From NCBI GenBank assembly GCA_024137785.1, contig JAHRHZ010000155.1:1043191-1091303 (forward strand): 48,113 bases of DNA, written 5' to 3'. Under the pieces are notes generated by a model. That model saw only the letters and a program-made list of their open reading frames with translations, did not search any database and was not told where the DNA came from. Both the position numbers and the translations under genes were made by a program. The DNA is from Ginglymostoma cirratum (lineage: Eukaryota). Positions 1 through 13,431 of the stretch are shown here, one piece after another. Position 1 is the first letter of the stretch; each line of letters opens with the position of its first letter.

Positions 1-3000
1 CTGCCTTTCTCGACAGGCCTTGGTGACAGAGGAGAAATCTCAGTCACCAAAAAAGGTTCAACATTGACAAGAAGGAGTTATTGAACGAGCTGTCAGTGCT
101 TAAAGTCAATAAGGCGCTGGGACCAGATGAAATGCATCCAAAGACATTGAAGGAAGTGAGAGCAGTAACTGCTGTAGCACTGGCCGTTAGTCCATAAGAT
201 GCAGGAGCAGAAATGCATGAATCTTTCAATATTCCCTTCACTTGGATGTGGTGCCAAGCACTGGGGAACTCCACACGTTGCACCCTTAATTGCACCACAA
301 TGCCAAGCGCACTAGCCCTAACCTTGTTGCTAATAATTCCATATCTTTCCAAATGTGTGTAAATCCTGTCCCTAAGAAGCTTCCCCAATAAATTCCCCAC
401 CACTGACGTAGGCTCACCAGCCTGTAATTGTCTGGATTATTCCTGTTGTCTCTCTGAGACAAAAAAACAACATTGGCTATTCTCCAGTGTTCTGATATCT
501 GACTCCTTCAGCATTCTGAAATAGATCCCATCGGGTCCTGGGAACATGTCTATCTTAATGATTTCGAAACACCCAACAACATCTTTTTCCTATTACAATG
601 GCCTAGAATATATTGATATACCTTCTCTAGACTCACCATTCACCGTGTCCTATTCCTTTGTGAATATCAGTGCAATGTATTCATGAAGGACCTCATCTCC
701 TTTGTGCTTGAGTGGATGTACGGTTTCCCTCGCCAACCTCTTGATTCTTATAAATATATAAAACACCATAGAATTTGCCTCAATCCTGTTTGCCAAACAT
801 GTTTCGTGACCCCTTTTGGTTCCCCAAATTCCTTGTTTGAGTTCTTTCCTGATATCTTTATAATCTTTGAGTGCTCCGCCTATCATCAGTTTCTTAAACA
901 TTACATATGCCTCCATTTTCTTTTTGACTACGCTGTCAAGTTCTCTTGTCATGCAAGGTTCCTGAACTTTGCCATCCTGATCCTTCATTTTCACAGGAAC
1001 ATGCTGGTCCTGATGGATAAACACCTGGCCCATTATGCCAGATGTGAATTTACCCTCAAACAGGTAGCCCCAATCTACATACCCCAGTTTTGCCCAATAC
1101 TGGGGTAGTTAGCCTTCTACAAATTTCATACGTTCACCTGTAGACGCCAATTATCCTTGTCCATTAGTAACTGAAAACTTACAGGAAACACTGTTCCCGA
1201 AATGCTTCCCCACTGAAACTTCGATCACGTGGTCTGACTTATTTCCCAGTGCCAGGTCTACTATGGCCCCTTTCCTATTTGTACTATGTATGTATTGTTT
1301 GAGAAAACTGTCCTGGAAACACCTAACAAATTGCCCACAATCCAAGCCCCTGATACTAAATGTGTTCCAGTCAATCTAGGGAAAGTTAAAATCCAGCAAT
1401 ACAAAGACCCTGTCTTTTCACATTTTCCCATAATCAGTCCACACATCTGTTCCTCGATCACCCGCTGGCTGTTGGGAGGCCTGTTGTACAATCCCATCAA
1501 AGTAATTGCACCTTTCCTTTTCCTGAGATCTACCCATATGACGTTGCTGGATGAACCCACTAAGGTGTCCTCCCTCTGTTCAGCTGTTATATTGTCCCTT
1601 ATCACCAATGCAACTTCCCCACCTCCTGTACAACACTCTCTATCTCACCTGAAACATTTAATTCCTGGAATATTAAGCTGCCAGTCTTCTCCCTCTCTCA
1701 ACCACGTCTCTGTAATAGCTGCAACATCACAGTTATTTGTTTCCAGTCTATCTAGGCCTGCTGTGTCTTTCAAAACCTGCTCTGTGCCAGTTGAATATTC
1801 CCACTCTGGATCGATCAATGTCATTTTCCCACTTCCGTCCTGAACCTTGTGATACAAAAATCACTGTCTCCTAAATGTTTCCCCACTGTCACTTGGTCTA
1901 TTGGTCACCTCATTCCCAAGAACCAGCTCCAGCAGAGACTCCCTGCTTGTTGGACAGGACACATACTGCTGTGGGGAATTGTTCTGAAAACAATCAAGAA
2001 TTACTTGTCCTTCACTGCCCGTTTTCATTGTCGCTATCGCTGTTTACATACAGACAATTAAACACACCCATTATAAATACTCTTTGATGTTTACACCTCT
2101 CAATAACTGCGTTCCCAATTTATTTCTGTTAGTCCTTCCCACCAGCTGGTGATCTATATATCACAGCGAGCATTGCAATTGCATCCTTCTTGTTCCTGAG
2201 CTTCAGTGATTCTGTCATTGAACCCTCTGAAAGCTCCTCCTTTCCCCAGTCCTGCAATGCTGTCCTTCACCAAATATGCCATCGCTCCTCCTTTTTGTTT
2301 CCTCTCCTATCTTTTCTGAACACTTTGAAACGAGGGATATTTAACACTCAGACTTGCCTTTCCTAGAGCCAGGAGTCCATTATTGTCACAACATCATCAT
2401 CCCACACAGCAAACTGTGCCTACAACTCCTTGACTTTATTAGCTATAGTCCGTGCATTCACAGACTTGCAGTTTAATCTCTTTCATAATTCAATACACTC
2501 TCCCTCAATTCAACTTTACCTATTAACAGAGTAATTTATGTTTCAGTGCTGCCTGCCATTCCTCATATTTTGTGCACACGCTGGTATTTTTTGCTAATAT
2601 TCTCTCTTGGTCCCCATACCCCTGCCAATGAGGTAACCGCAACGCCCCAAAAGAAATACCTGACAAGGAAATCAGCCCCAGTTCAGTAGAGATGCAGTGC
2701 ATCAGGCTTCTACAGGTACCAACTCCCTCAGATCCAGTCCCAGCATCACAGCAATCTAAAGCCCCGCCTCCTGCGACATTTTTCCAGGCACACAGTTATC
2801 TCTCTCATCTTTCAATTTCCCTGCTCACTTACACGTGACATTGGAAGCAATCCAGAAGTCCTGTTGTATTCCTGTTTGCTCATTTTCTTCCAAGCTCACA
2901 AAATTCTGTCTGCTTGACCACATCTCCCTTCCTGATGCTAACCATACCAGTTTGAACCACAGCCTCTGGTTGTTCTCACTCACCCAGAAAAATTATCCAG

Positions 3001-3430
3001 TAAATCTCTGACTCTGGCTGCAGGGATGCAACAAACTATCTTAGAGTCATGTTGACATCTGCAGAAATGTCTGTCTGACCTCGATCTGAAGAATTCCCTC
3101 TCGGTACTGCCCTTCCACTCTTCCCTCACCCCTCCTGTACAGTTGGGCCACCCATCGTACCTTTCGTGTTGCTACGCTCCTCCAGGGAACCATTACCAAC
3201 ATCCAGATGAAAAACCAACTGGTGAGTGGGACCTCTGAGAACTCCTGCCCTGCCTGCCTGTTTCTCTTGGATTACCAGATGTTCACACATTCCCTATCTG
3301 CCTGCTTCCCCAAACCTGTGTTATGATCACCTCCCTGAATGTGCTAACCACATTGTTCTCTGCCTCACAGACACAACTCAGTGACTGTAGCTGTGACTTC
3401 CTGTATGGCACAGGATACACATGGCTGAGC
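1..3430 (-). mobile_element. Decayed CR1-type LINE (endonuclease, RT N-terminus, probable ORF1 remnant); short plus-strand CR1 RT piece at ~1-230
   Basis: Minus-strand fragments DVAAITETWLREGEDWQLNIPG, GLYNRPPNS, FQDSFLKQYI..NRKGAIVDLALGN match the CR1 APE endonuclease. Plus strand KALGPDEMHPKTLKE at ~110-155. Many frameshifts; ends approximate. Confidence 0.85.
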
Positions 3431-5289
3431 GGACCATTCCATGTCTTATACTTTTAATTTACATTAGCTTCAGCAACTTTTCCTCTCCTTAGCCATTTCC
3501 TTGCACTGGTCACTCATAACTGAAGATGAGTAGAAAGCAGAAAGTCTTGGTCCATGTTTACATGTTAGCTTTCCCTCTTGTGCCTATAAATTCAACCTTC
3601 CCAGTGCTGGTTTACAAATTCATATTTTTCAAAAAGTCTGGTGTTGAATAACAGTCCCTAACAGCAGCTCATCAACAAACAATATCTCTCCTGTGCTGTC
3701 ACTCTTAGCCTTTTTTCTGGACACTGCCCAACGCCCACGATGGGTGTTCCCATGTAGATCTGACCTCCAGCCTCTTTACGGTTCTCACCATTTACTGGTG
3801 TTTGTGACTTAGGGGAGGCTGCAGTCTTTTTGCAAAATGATACATTGGACATAAAGAAGCCTAAATGGAACTGTTATCGTATATTGAACAAAGGAAGTAA
3901 CAAAGGAAGTACTGTACAGTGCAAAAATAAAATCTGGTCTTGTTAATGCCTCTGAAACATTTCAAAAGTTTATGTCCATCATGACTATAAAAGAACACCC
4001 ATATACTGACCATAATCTGTTGCCTTTGGAGATAAATTTAAAAGTCAAAATGCCAACTGTTTCACTGGAGTTTGCTCATTCAACAAATGAAAGAATTGTA
4101 TACATATGCCTGAAGCAGATATTACCGATGCATTGTCAAGAATGTTGGATTACATGAATGTTGAAAAAAGTCAGAAACTGTTTCAGTATTACAGATAATG
4201 AAGGTAAATGCATGTAAGTTTGACTTATTTTGTGTTATTGTGGCATAGATATTTTCATGTTTATATAACAATGAAAATGTGTTTGGAAATGGTGTCTCAT
4301 TTTCCAAGACGAGAGGCATGATTTTGACGCATATTTAGAATTGAGGGCCAAGGAAATATGGAACTGTTTGGATGTTTTGGATTCAAAAAGCATTTACCAA
4401 GGTTTGATGTGACCTCTGGGAAATGTTCATCATGAATATGAGCTCACCTGAGTATTACTGAAAGGTCAAATAATTTTGGAAATGAGAGAAGTGAAGCTTT
4501 CAAGATGGATTAGTGGAAAGGTTTATGATTTTAATTGCTGGACAAACTTACTTGTACCAAATGGGATGCTTGTTTTGACGGTTTTTTGCAACACTCTCTG
4601 GAGTCGGTTCCTGTTTTTCCAGGACATCTGTATGTGTCATTGGGAGAAATGATCTTGAAATGTGCAGCCAGCAAGTCTTTCTATAAAGACACCTTCCAGT
4701 AGGACAAGCTGCACAGATCTCTCAATCAGTGGAATATTTCTGGGGCTCTGAGAAATTTCCTGATATCAGTATTTCTAACAATCTCATTAACCCAGAAGTC
4801 TGGGCTCTTCATTCTATTGAAAGACCAAAGTCTAACTGATCGTTCATCAGTCTGAAGTTCAATCTGAAGATATTCCATCATTCTACATTGGGCAGTATTT
4901 CAATCCCGTCGACAGGAAACTCATTTTATTCTTTGAGTACAGATCCTTGGCCTGTGGCTGTTTTTAACTCTCGCCCTTGGCTTTTAAAATAATATCATGT
5001 CTGCAGATCTGGATGGTGTTCGCATGTGCATATTTTCATTTGTGTAAATGGGATATTATTTAATTTTGGAATGTACTTCTTTTGGCAACAGTTTTTCCAC
5101 TTCTTTCAACAATACAGTCTGATTAAAATTAATTTGTTATTTTTCTGTGTGTTATACAAACTTGGTGAAAATCACAAATGTCCTGGATGATGGTATGAAA
5201 GGGTACCAATATGGGGATTGAATTAAAATATTAAGACCAGTAATACAGTTCGTGGAGTAGAGTGATAATTGAGTCATGAAATGTACCGA

Positions 5290-5625
5290 GATAACAAGGT
5301 GTGGAACTGGATGAACACAGCAGGTCAAGCAGCATCATAGGACCAAGTAAACTTGACGTTTCGGGCCTAGACCCTTCATCAGAAATGGGGGAGGGGAAGA
5401 GGGTTCTGAAATAAATAGGGAGAGAGGGGGAGGCGGATAGGGGATGGATAGAGGAGAGATTCCCTGAGGTTTGTCCGGAGGGAGGAGGGTAGCTTCTTCA
5501 GGGTAGGCATCCTTAGAAGAGGCTTCGCAGTGGGGTTAAAGTTGTATCAGAGATAAAAGGGACTGCAGATGCTGGAGAATCCGAGATAACAAGGCATGGG
5601 GCTGGATGAACACAGCAGGCCAAGG
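5290..5625 (-). mobile_element. Short non-autonomous Penelope-like derivative with terminal direct repeat and TSD
   Basis: ~41-nt direct repeat at both ends (5288-5328 / 5583-5624). Flanked by AATGTAC(C/T)GA at 5280-5289 and 5626-5635. Same family as the 3' end of the GIY-YIG-bearing element at 21257-22345. Confidence 0.8.
5351..5386 (-). ncRNA. Minimal type I hammerhead ribozyme motif (PLE-associated)
   Basis: Minus strand reads ATTT-CTGATGA-AGGGT CTAG GCCC-GAAAC-GTC-AAGT: CUGANGA and GAAA core boxes, stem II, palindromic ACGT in place of stem III, GUC triplet, weak stem I. Confidence 0.65.
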
Positions 5626-5730
5626 AATGTACTGACATTGGTTATCACACTCATGCAAAAAGCAGACCAAACATAAGGATGTGTTGTTTTCAACTGAGTG
5701 TTGGAATTATTCAGGAATTCCATTACTTAC

Positions 5731-6096
5731 TTGAAATATGAAGCTGGGTTGCAGGAAAGTAGCTGTATTTATTCGTGTCATTGAATTCTACTCTGAAAAA
5801 ATAAGATCCTTCATCGCCCTGTGTGATGTTGTTTATCATCAGGGAACAGTCTCCATTTTTCAGGTTTCCAGACAGCCAGGTCCGACGGTGGAACTGTGGT
5901 AACACTTGACTGTGATTCTGGGAGTGAAAGGCTACCGATTTTGTGACGTGTTTCTTGGTATTAAACCAGATTCCGACTCGTGGTTGATTTGCCAGATGTG
6001 AAGGATAACTGTAGTTACATGGAATCTGAGCACAGAAACCTTCCTGTGCTGTCACCTCACGTGGAGCGTTGCTTTTCCATTCTTGTGCCAGTCCAG
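5731..6096 (-). CDS. Siglec/MAG/CD22-like receptor, V-set Ig exon (gene 1, intact)
   Basis: Acceptor tttctctccccAG and donor A|GTAAGT; 366 nt, phase 1-1, open. Encodes GLAQEWKSNAPREVTAQEGFCAQIPCNYSYP..GIWF..LSGNLKNGDCSLMINNITQGDEGSYFFRVEF..KYSY..LHIS. Shows the Siglec Cys pattern (inter-domain Cys, B- and E-strand Cys, no F-strand Cys), A-strand Trp and F-strand Arg (5792-5794). Confidence 0.9.
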
Positions 6097-6454
6097 CTGG
6101 GGAGAGAAATATCAGTATTTAGCACTGGATAGGCTGTAGATACACCGGACTCACTGGATGACCAGCCTCAGAGCAGGTTTCAGTATAAATCAGAGGCTGG
6201 CTGCAGAAAAACCATAGGAGCTGAGAGACACCATCGTGTCAAAAGGGAATGAATGTTGGGGAGCTCTGAGACAATACATGTCGGACTAAGATGACCTCAC
6301 ATTCGTTTATACAACGTGAACAGCTTTCCATTTCTCCCATCCTTCACTCCCACGCTGCTGTTTCACACTCACTCTCCCATCTCACCGTTTGATTCTACCA
6401 AGGAGCCCTTGGAATCCATGCATCACAATTTGAGAATAAGTGGGACTAACATCA

Positions 6455-7080
6455 CAGAAATCTGCTGCAGAGAGAAAGGCCCTTCGGCCCTTCATGTCCT
6501 TACCAAACAATTACAGCCATTTAACTTGTCTAATCTCATTTAATCTCATTTTCCGGGACTTGGCCCATACCCTTGTAGGCTTTGATATGGCAAGTGCATG
6601 TTGAAATACCGAAAGAATGTTCTGAGGGTTTCTGCCTCTCCCACCCTCACAGACAGTGTGCTCCTGATTCCCACAATGCTCTGGGTGAAAAATCCTTTCC
6701 TTGCATCTGACCTAAACCTTTTTACCTTTACCTTGAATCCCTGGTCATTGATCCCTCCACCTACAGGAAAGGCGTCTTCCTGTCTATCCTGTCAATGCCT
6801 CTCATAATTTTATTCATCTAAATCACATCCCCCTCCATTTCCTCGCGAGGGAAAACACCCCCAGTCTGTCTCATCTCTCTTCATAACGAAACCTCTCCAG
6901 CCTAGGCAACATCCTGGCAGATATCCTCTGCACCCTCTCCAGTGCAATCACATCCCTCCCATAATGTGGATACCAGAACTGCACGCAAAACTCTAGCTCT
7001 GGCCTGACCAATGTTTTATACAATTCCAGCATCATCTCCCTGCTCTTGAATGCCAAGCCTCAGCTAATAAATCCCATGCC
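6455..7080 (-). mobile_element. CR1 LINE 3' fragment
   Basis: FKSREMMLELYKTLVRPELEFCVQFWYPHY..LERVQR matches the CR1 ORF2 C-terminus, followed by a 3' UTR. Confidence 0.9.
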
Positions 7081-8074
7081 GAATCGTTCCAACACAGAAC
7101 AGCAGGAGCATAGTAGACTTTTACCTCTGTATTTGCAACACCATAAAACTAAAAGTGTTGAAGACCCTGCGTAGTTACTCTACAAGTTCCTGACCAGACT
7201 TTTTCATAAGCAGTTCCAGATTTTGTGAGTAATTAATCCACACACTATTTTGGTATCTTCAGCAAAAGACTTAACAATTGATCAAATATACAATAACGTC
7301 AGCAGTGAGAAATTAAACAACACGGTAGTCTAATTAATAACTACCCTGTAAACCTGAAACATTTATTTACAGCCCCCATTCACACACAAACAGACAGACA
7401 AAATAACACAGTTCATGGAAATGTAAAAGACAATATCAAAACTGGCCAGATGACTTAAATGGTTTACAGGATGCATTGTTTCACAGGTATAAATGTGAAC
7501 TCCTCGGTTTCTTTTCTGAAAATGTTGACCAGGGTCACCATTTCAGTTCACTCAGGTAGCTGTAGCAACACTTCGAACTCAGTTTTCTACTCCCTGTGCT
7601 TCTGGAACCTAGTGTGGGAGACTCGGGAGATAGCTTTCAAATCTTCTTGCTGCATCATCAACAGCAAACTCATCTTACCGCAAAACACAGTTCAACAACA
7701 AACTTCAACCCTGGTTCCACCTTGAAAGACTGGCCATCATTTCCTGAGGCTTCAAATTCCATTGAATATTTGCCATCTGCTTGAATACAGAGTCAATTTC
7801 AGACTTGTCAGAACCAATTCCCAGGCATTGACCTCATTAATGGCCAACTCCTGGTCTTCCTGAGGTCACTGTGTCTGTTGGAATTGTTTTAACAAAGAAT
7901 CAGCCCGCAATTAACCTCCAGACCTGGTATCAAAGACAAATAAAAGTTTGTTTAGTTTCTTCTTTTTCCACTTGCCACGAGCACTTCCGAAGTGCGCAAG
8001 TTATTTTCAGCTCGCAGCTCCAAGGTCACAGGTCCAACCCAAAATTGACAACAAAATCACTAAAATAATCAACA

Positions 8075-8690
8075 AGGGTTCTAACACCATCTTAACTATT
8101 TTACCCACCTGTCCTGATACATTATGGGGTCAGTGCTCATAAACACCAAGATCCCTCCTATCCTTGGTGCTTACCGGTCCTATTATCCATCATGTATTCC
8201 TTTGCCTTGTTTGTCCTGCCCAACTGGACCAATTCACATCTTTCAGGGTTGAACTCCATTAAGCACTGATCAGCCCATCTGATGAGCTCATCTCTATCCT
8301 CCTCACTACCTTCAATCTCACCAACGTTTCTGTCATCTGCAAACGTACTTAGCAACTCTCCGACATTCAAGTGTGAATCATTTATACAAACCATAGACAG
8401 CAATAATTTCCACACTGACCACTGTGGGATCTCACTGGCGATAGATATCCAGTGGAGAAAGCACCCCTCAAAGATCACCCGCTGCTTCGTGAAATTCAGC
8501 CGATTGTGAATCCAGTTTGCCACATTTCCTTGACCTTTGCTGTCAGCCTCCCATATAGGATCTTATCAAAAGCCTCCGTAAAGTTCAAGAATCCAACTTC
8601 AAAACCATTACCCCCCCATCTGCACACCTGGTCACCTCCTCAAAAAAATCAACCAAGTTGATCAGACATGACCTTCCCTTAATGCCTTTC
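8075..8690 (-). mobile_element. CR1 LINE RT fragment
   Basis: WIHNRL..QRV..SEIPQWSV..STFADD..WADQCLMEFNPERCELVQLG is a decayed CR1 RT core. Confidence 0.88.
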
Positions 8691-9508
8691 CTGCAGTCAG
8701 GGATCAGTTCAGACTTTCATTGTTGAAGGGATCTCTTTGGATCCTGATTGCCTGAAGGATTATTTTTGATCCAAATGCAATGTTGTTGTATTGTTGATTC
8801 TGATACAGCATCAGAGACCGACTGGTTCCCAAGCTCCGCACTGACCCTCCTGCAGCAGACACTTTGGAACACTTGAGCAAAGTGCCTCTAGCCTGAGCTC
8901 TGCATGTGCTGACAGTAAAGATAAATATGGAACTGAATGTTTGACAGCTTCTGCACTGCCTCTGTCAATTATCTCACACCCTTATTGAATTCTCTAACAT
9001 AGTAAGAATGGACAGGATGTTGATCAGCATGTTTGTTCTAGAAGTGTGTTGTCTCTTGGGAAATTTTGACAAAAATCAGCAAAAGATACAAATTTCAGAA
9101 AATTGTAATCGGACATGCAGATTCAGAGTAAACATCAATCCCCAGTTTTTGTCATGGCTCATTCTTGTTATTGGATCATTGTTCACTGACTTAAATTGGT
9201 TTCTAAACCTTCGTCTTTGTGACAATCATTATTTATTTCCCATCCGCGATCTCTGCTCTCCATTCCCTAACTCTGTAAACTCCTCTAGATCTGCAATGTA
9301 CACAAACAGATCTCTGTGCTGCTTCATGACTGTTGTCACGCTGGGAGACAGTGTATGTTAGTGAGCACAGTGGTAATGGGTGAACAGGACATGCTGTAAG
9401 TTTGTAGACTGGCTCACTGCTGAATTGGTTCCTAATTAGAGCTCAGTAAGAACAATCTTTAGCGAAGTCTATTAACCATAAATCGGCCCGAGCTGACAAT
9501 GACATTAC

Positions 9509-9548
9509 CTTGGAGAAGTGACAGCAGGAAGTAAGATTTCTCGATCAT
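9509..9548 (-). CDS. Signal-peptide coding exon of Siglec-like gene 1 (exon probably 9509-9592 including 5' UTR)
   Basis: ATG at 9548 gives MIEKSYFLLSLLQ+G|GTAATG, phase 1. Joins in frame to 6096: MIEKSYFLLSLLQAGLAQ-EW. Upstream acceptor cctttctctttcAG at 9593-9594. Confidence 0.82.
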
Positions 9549-10415
9549 TGTCCCAGCTCCCAGATATTTCATTAGCTATTCCCGCTGAAGCTCTGAAAGA
9601 GAAAGGAGTTAATGAGACCTCACCCCATGTCTGACTGCTCTCGAGAGATCAGAGCAATTTTTAGACAATGTCCTCACAGACTTCTTTGATTCTCTGAAGA
9701 ATGATTGGTGCTCTGCAGAGAGTCAAAAGGCTTCAACAAAGTAAAACAATGAACAATTTGAATTTCTATAGAGTTTTTAACCTCCTTAGGCTATTCCAAA
9801 GCCCCTGGTTTCCAGAAAGATGATCTGTTTGATTGACTCGAGCCATATGGACAGATCTCAATAATAAATACGATCCTTTCAAAGGCATCAATTATTTGAA
9901 TCTGTCCTTAGAACATCAACAAGAAAAGAAACTGAGTCCCTGTTTTTATGTTACTTACCCCGGATCGGTCCAACTGCTTGCCTGGAGAGTAATTGCCAAT
10001 ACACACTGCTTGGGCTGAGTAGCCTCTTCCTATGCAACACCCTCTTTCTCTGTATCTTCAGAATTGTCAAAGTCTCATTCTGGGTGATATCAGGAAGTTG
10101 GTTAAGTGAGAAGTTAGCAGTTTTCCCAGAACTAGAGATTCCTATTTTTGGCTTCCCTCCCTTGAATAGATGGGTTGTATTTTCTCCTTTCAAATCTGGT
10201 GAAATCTTCTCAGGGTCCAACAAAAGTGGTAAAACTAAACACAACCCAGCGACTACATCTTTCACCACCTCCGTTACTCCCTGGGACAAAGTGCACCAGA
10301 TTCTAGGGATTTGTCTGCCCACAGCTCCATCAGTTTACTCAGTACCACTTTCATCATAATTGTATGCACTTTCATAAAGTTCCTCTCTGTCTTCCACCTC
10401 CTGATTTATATTTTT

Positions 10416-13400
10416 TGGGGTACAATGACTAAATAAATCACTTGACACCCGGAGTCCGTCTCCGGCATCAAAGATTTTATTGAAATTATGCCGCTGGGAA
10501 GAAACATCTGGGGGTCTGAAACTTCTTCAATGAACAAAGGAAAGACATAAACGTTAATATATTTGTTTTCAACCTGCTTTGGCATCTACAGACCAATTAT
10601 ATTATGAATTAGTTACATACATACTCAATAAAATTTATCATGTGAAAATCTTGTCAATGATGGGCAGCCTTATGGACAACCCATGGTCTTTCATGATCGC
10701 TTGATGTTTACGAGACAAACTTTTATCTATCTATTGGCCTTTTATAATGCATCATATTCACCCACATTCTGACGAATAGACACAACATGTCGCATCCATT
10801 TCTTCAGACGAGTCCTCTCCCCGTCCCACAGAAGCTTTGCCCGAGCCCAACACTCTCCCTCAACCTGGACCCCTCCCTTTGGCCTTTTACCTGCAGTTGA
10901 TCTGTTCATTGAGAACTGTCCACCTGATATTGGTCGCCTCAAATTTCTCTTCCTCCTCACCTCACCAAATCCAACCTATGTCACTCTGAACTCAATGCAC
11001 TCTGTGCACTTAGATCTTACCTTGACTTTGCTATTAAGACTGCCGATAAGAATGGTGCTGTTGTATTCTAGCGTACTGACCTCTACATTGCAGTGGCTGA
11101 GTAACAGCTCTCAGATAGCTTCTCCTATCTTCCCCTGGACCATGACCCCACTATGACATATCAGGCCATTGTATCTACTGTGGTAACCGATCTCTTTTCA
11201 TCTGGTGACCTCCCCCTAAACTGCTTCCAAGCTGATAGCCCTGCAGCCCCACACAGCTCGCTTCAACCTCCTTCCAAAAATCCACAAACAGGGCTGTCCA
11301 GGGCAGACCGATTGGTTCAACCTGCTCCTGACCCACAGAAATCATCTCTTCCTAGCTTAACTCAGTTTTCTCTCCCAATCCCTGCCCACGTACATCCATG
11401 ATTGCTCTGAACCTTTACGCCAGTTTCAAAACTTCCAGCTTGCAGTTTCAAGCTGCCTCTTCTTTACCATGGACGTGCAATCCCTTTACACGTCCATTCC
11501 CCACCAGGCCTGTCTTAGGACTCTCTGCTTCTTTCTGGAGGAAAGACCTGAGCCACTTCCGCCAGTCACCACCCTCCTCCGTTTGGCTAAGTTCATCCTC
11601 ACCCTCAACAACTTCTCTTTTAACTTCTCTCATTTTCTTCAGGTCAGAGGGGTGGCCATGGATACTTGCATGGGCTCCAGTTATGCCTGTCTCTTCATGG
11701 GTTACATGGAACATTCCTTGTCCCAGTCTTATTCCGGCCCCCACCCACAACTCTTTCTCCAATATAGCGATGATATCCTTGGTACTGCTTCCCTTTCACA
11801 TCCGGAATTGGAAAAGTTCATCGATTTCGCTTCCAATTTCCACCCTGCCCTCACTTTCAACTGGTCTATCTCTAATTCCTCACTTCCCTTCTTTGACATC
11901 TCTGTTTCCATTTCTGGGAATAGACTGGCCACTAATATCCACTAAAAACCCACCGACTCTCACAGCTACCTGGACTATACATCCTCATACCCTGCTTCCT
12001 GTAAAGACTCCATTCCATTCTCTCAGATTCCCCATCTCCATCGCATATGCTCAGATGAGGCCAACTTCGATAATGGAGGTTCCGAAATGTTCACCTTCTT
12101 CCTCAATTCAGGACTCCCCAGCACCAATGTTGACAGAGCCCACGACCGGGTCAACCCATCTCCCGCAGTTCTGCCCTCACCACTTCCCTTCCCTCCTGCA
12201 ACCAGCAAACGTGCAACACCTGCCCATTTACCTTCTCGCTCCCCACTATCCAAGAGCCCAAACATAGCTTCCAGGTGAAGCAACACTTCAGCTGCACTTG
12301 CCAGAATCTCGTCTCTTACATTGGTTGCTCACAATGCTGTCTCCTCTACTCTGGGGAGACAAAGCATAGACTGGGTGACTGCTTCGCAGAACATCTACGC
12401 TCTGCTCGCAAAAAAAGACCCTGAGCTACCTGTTGCCTGCCACTCAACACACCACCCTGTTCCCTGGCCAACATCTCTGTCTCTGGCTTGCTGCAGTGTT
12501 CCAGTGAAGCTCAATGCAAGCTGGAAGAACAACACCTCACTTTCTCTTTGGGGACCCTGCAACCGTCTGGACTCAATATCGATTTCAATAACTTTCGGGC
12601 CAAAACTAGATGCCCTAGACCCCTATCCTCCACACTAGGCCTTGTTATCACATTGCCTGGCATTACACACAACCTATCGTTAGTCACAAACCGTCCCCAT
12701 TAACAACTATTCACCCTCCCAACCAGATCATTTTCAACTCCTTTGTCTATCCAACTGCTCTTCTCTCTCTTCAGGTTCTATCCTATCATTTACTCCTGCC
12801 CTCGTTCCCCTCCTTATTTTCTGCATGTAAATTGATGTTTCCCAGCTACCATCAGTTCTGAGGAATGGTCAACAGATCTGAAATGTTAACTCTGATCTTT
12901 TCTTCACAGATGCTGCCAGACCTGCTGAGATCTTCCAGAAACTTTTGTTTTTGTTCTAATCCTGCTGAATTCTGCCCCTTTAATTCAATCCTCCCTGAAT
13001 GCAGTTTAGGGGCCTTTTCTTACTATCTAAGGCTTTATGTTCAAAGTTACTCGTTGGAATCTCTTTAATGTTTACTGCATTTTAAAAGATTATGGATTTT
13101 TGTGTATTCAAACTCTATAACAATGATGATCTGGGAACGTTAATGAAAATATATCTATATTTGTTGGAAATCAGCTTGTATGCAATTCTTCTATCAGCAT
13201 ACACAAGGATGTCCTTATCCAGCTGTCTGTTCCAGCAGGAAGAAACTGAAGCTGTGTGCTTGTAACTGGACCCTTTGTGCGCTGTCTCAATCTTGTTTCA
13301 GTGGATATATTCTGTTTGCAGAGCTACTATTGTTCTAATTGATGGTTAGCTATTCCTTTTCAGACACATGTCGAAACACTTGCTACCCATTTTTCAATGA

Positions 13401-13431
13401 CATGTTTTTCTGAAAGTTTGATGTTTCCTCA
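10416..13431 (-). mobile_element. Possible LTR, split by the Penelope insertion
   Basis: On the minus strand: purine tract AAATAAAGGGG then TGAGG at 13431, CCAAT (~10593), TATATTAA (~10555-10562), AATAAA (~10476-10481), ending ..CCCCA at 10416. Called from architecture only; there is no second copy in the window. Confidence 0.3.
10800..12955 (+). mobile_element. Penelope-like retroelement (RT + GIY-YIG), decayed
   Basis: MDVQSLYTSIPH, GVAMDTCMGSSYACLFMG, YSDD, LPFFDISV, then FSCTCQNLVSYIGCSQCCLLYSGET and LEEQHLTFSLGTLQPSGLNIDF. Stops and frameshifts present. Degenerate hammerhead motif at 12854-12891. Confidence 0.92.

Noticed and set aside
3870-5160. Possible solo LTR (also ~7150-8070)
   Set aside because: Only a general resemblance; termini and TSD could not be fixed.
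5731-6096. Rearranging Ig/TCR/IgNAR V segment
   Set aside because: Complete domain including the G strand, ends in a splice donor, no RSS seen, and has Siglec-type cysteines.
11398-12267. 289-aa Ser/Pro-rich ORF (and the 259-aa ORF at 21653-22432)
   Set aside because: Mostly alternative frames of Penelope sequence and its C-rich 3' region.
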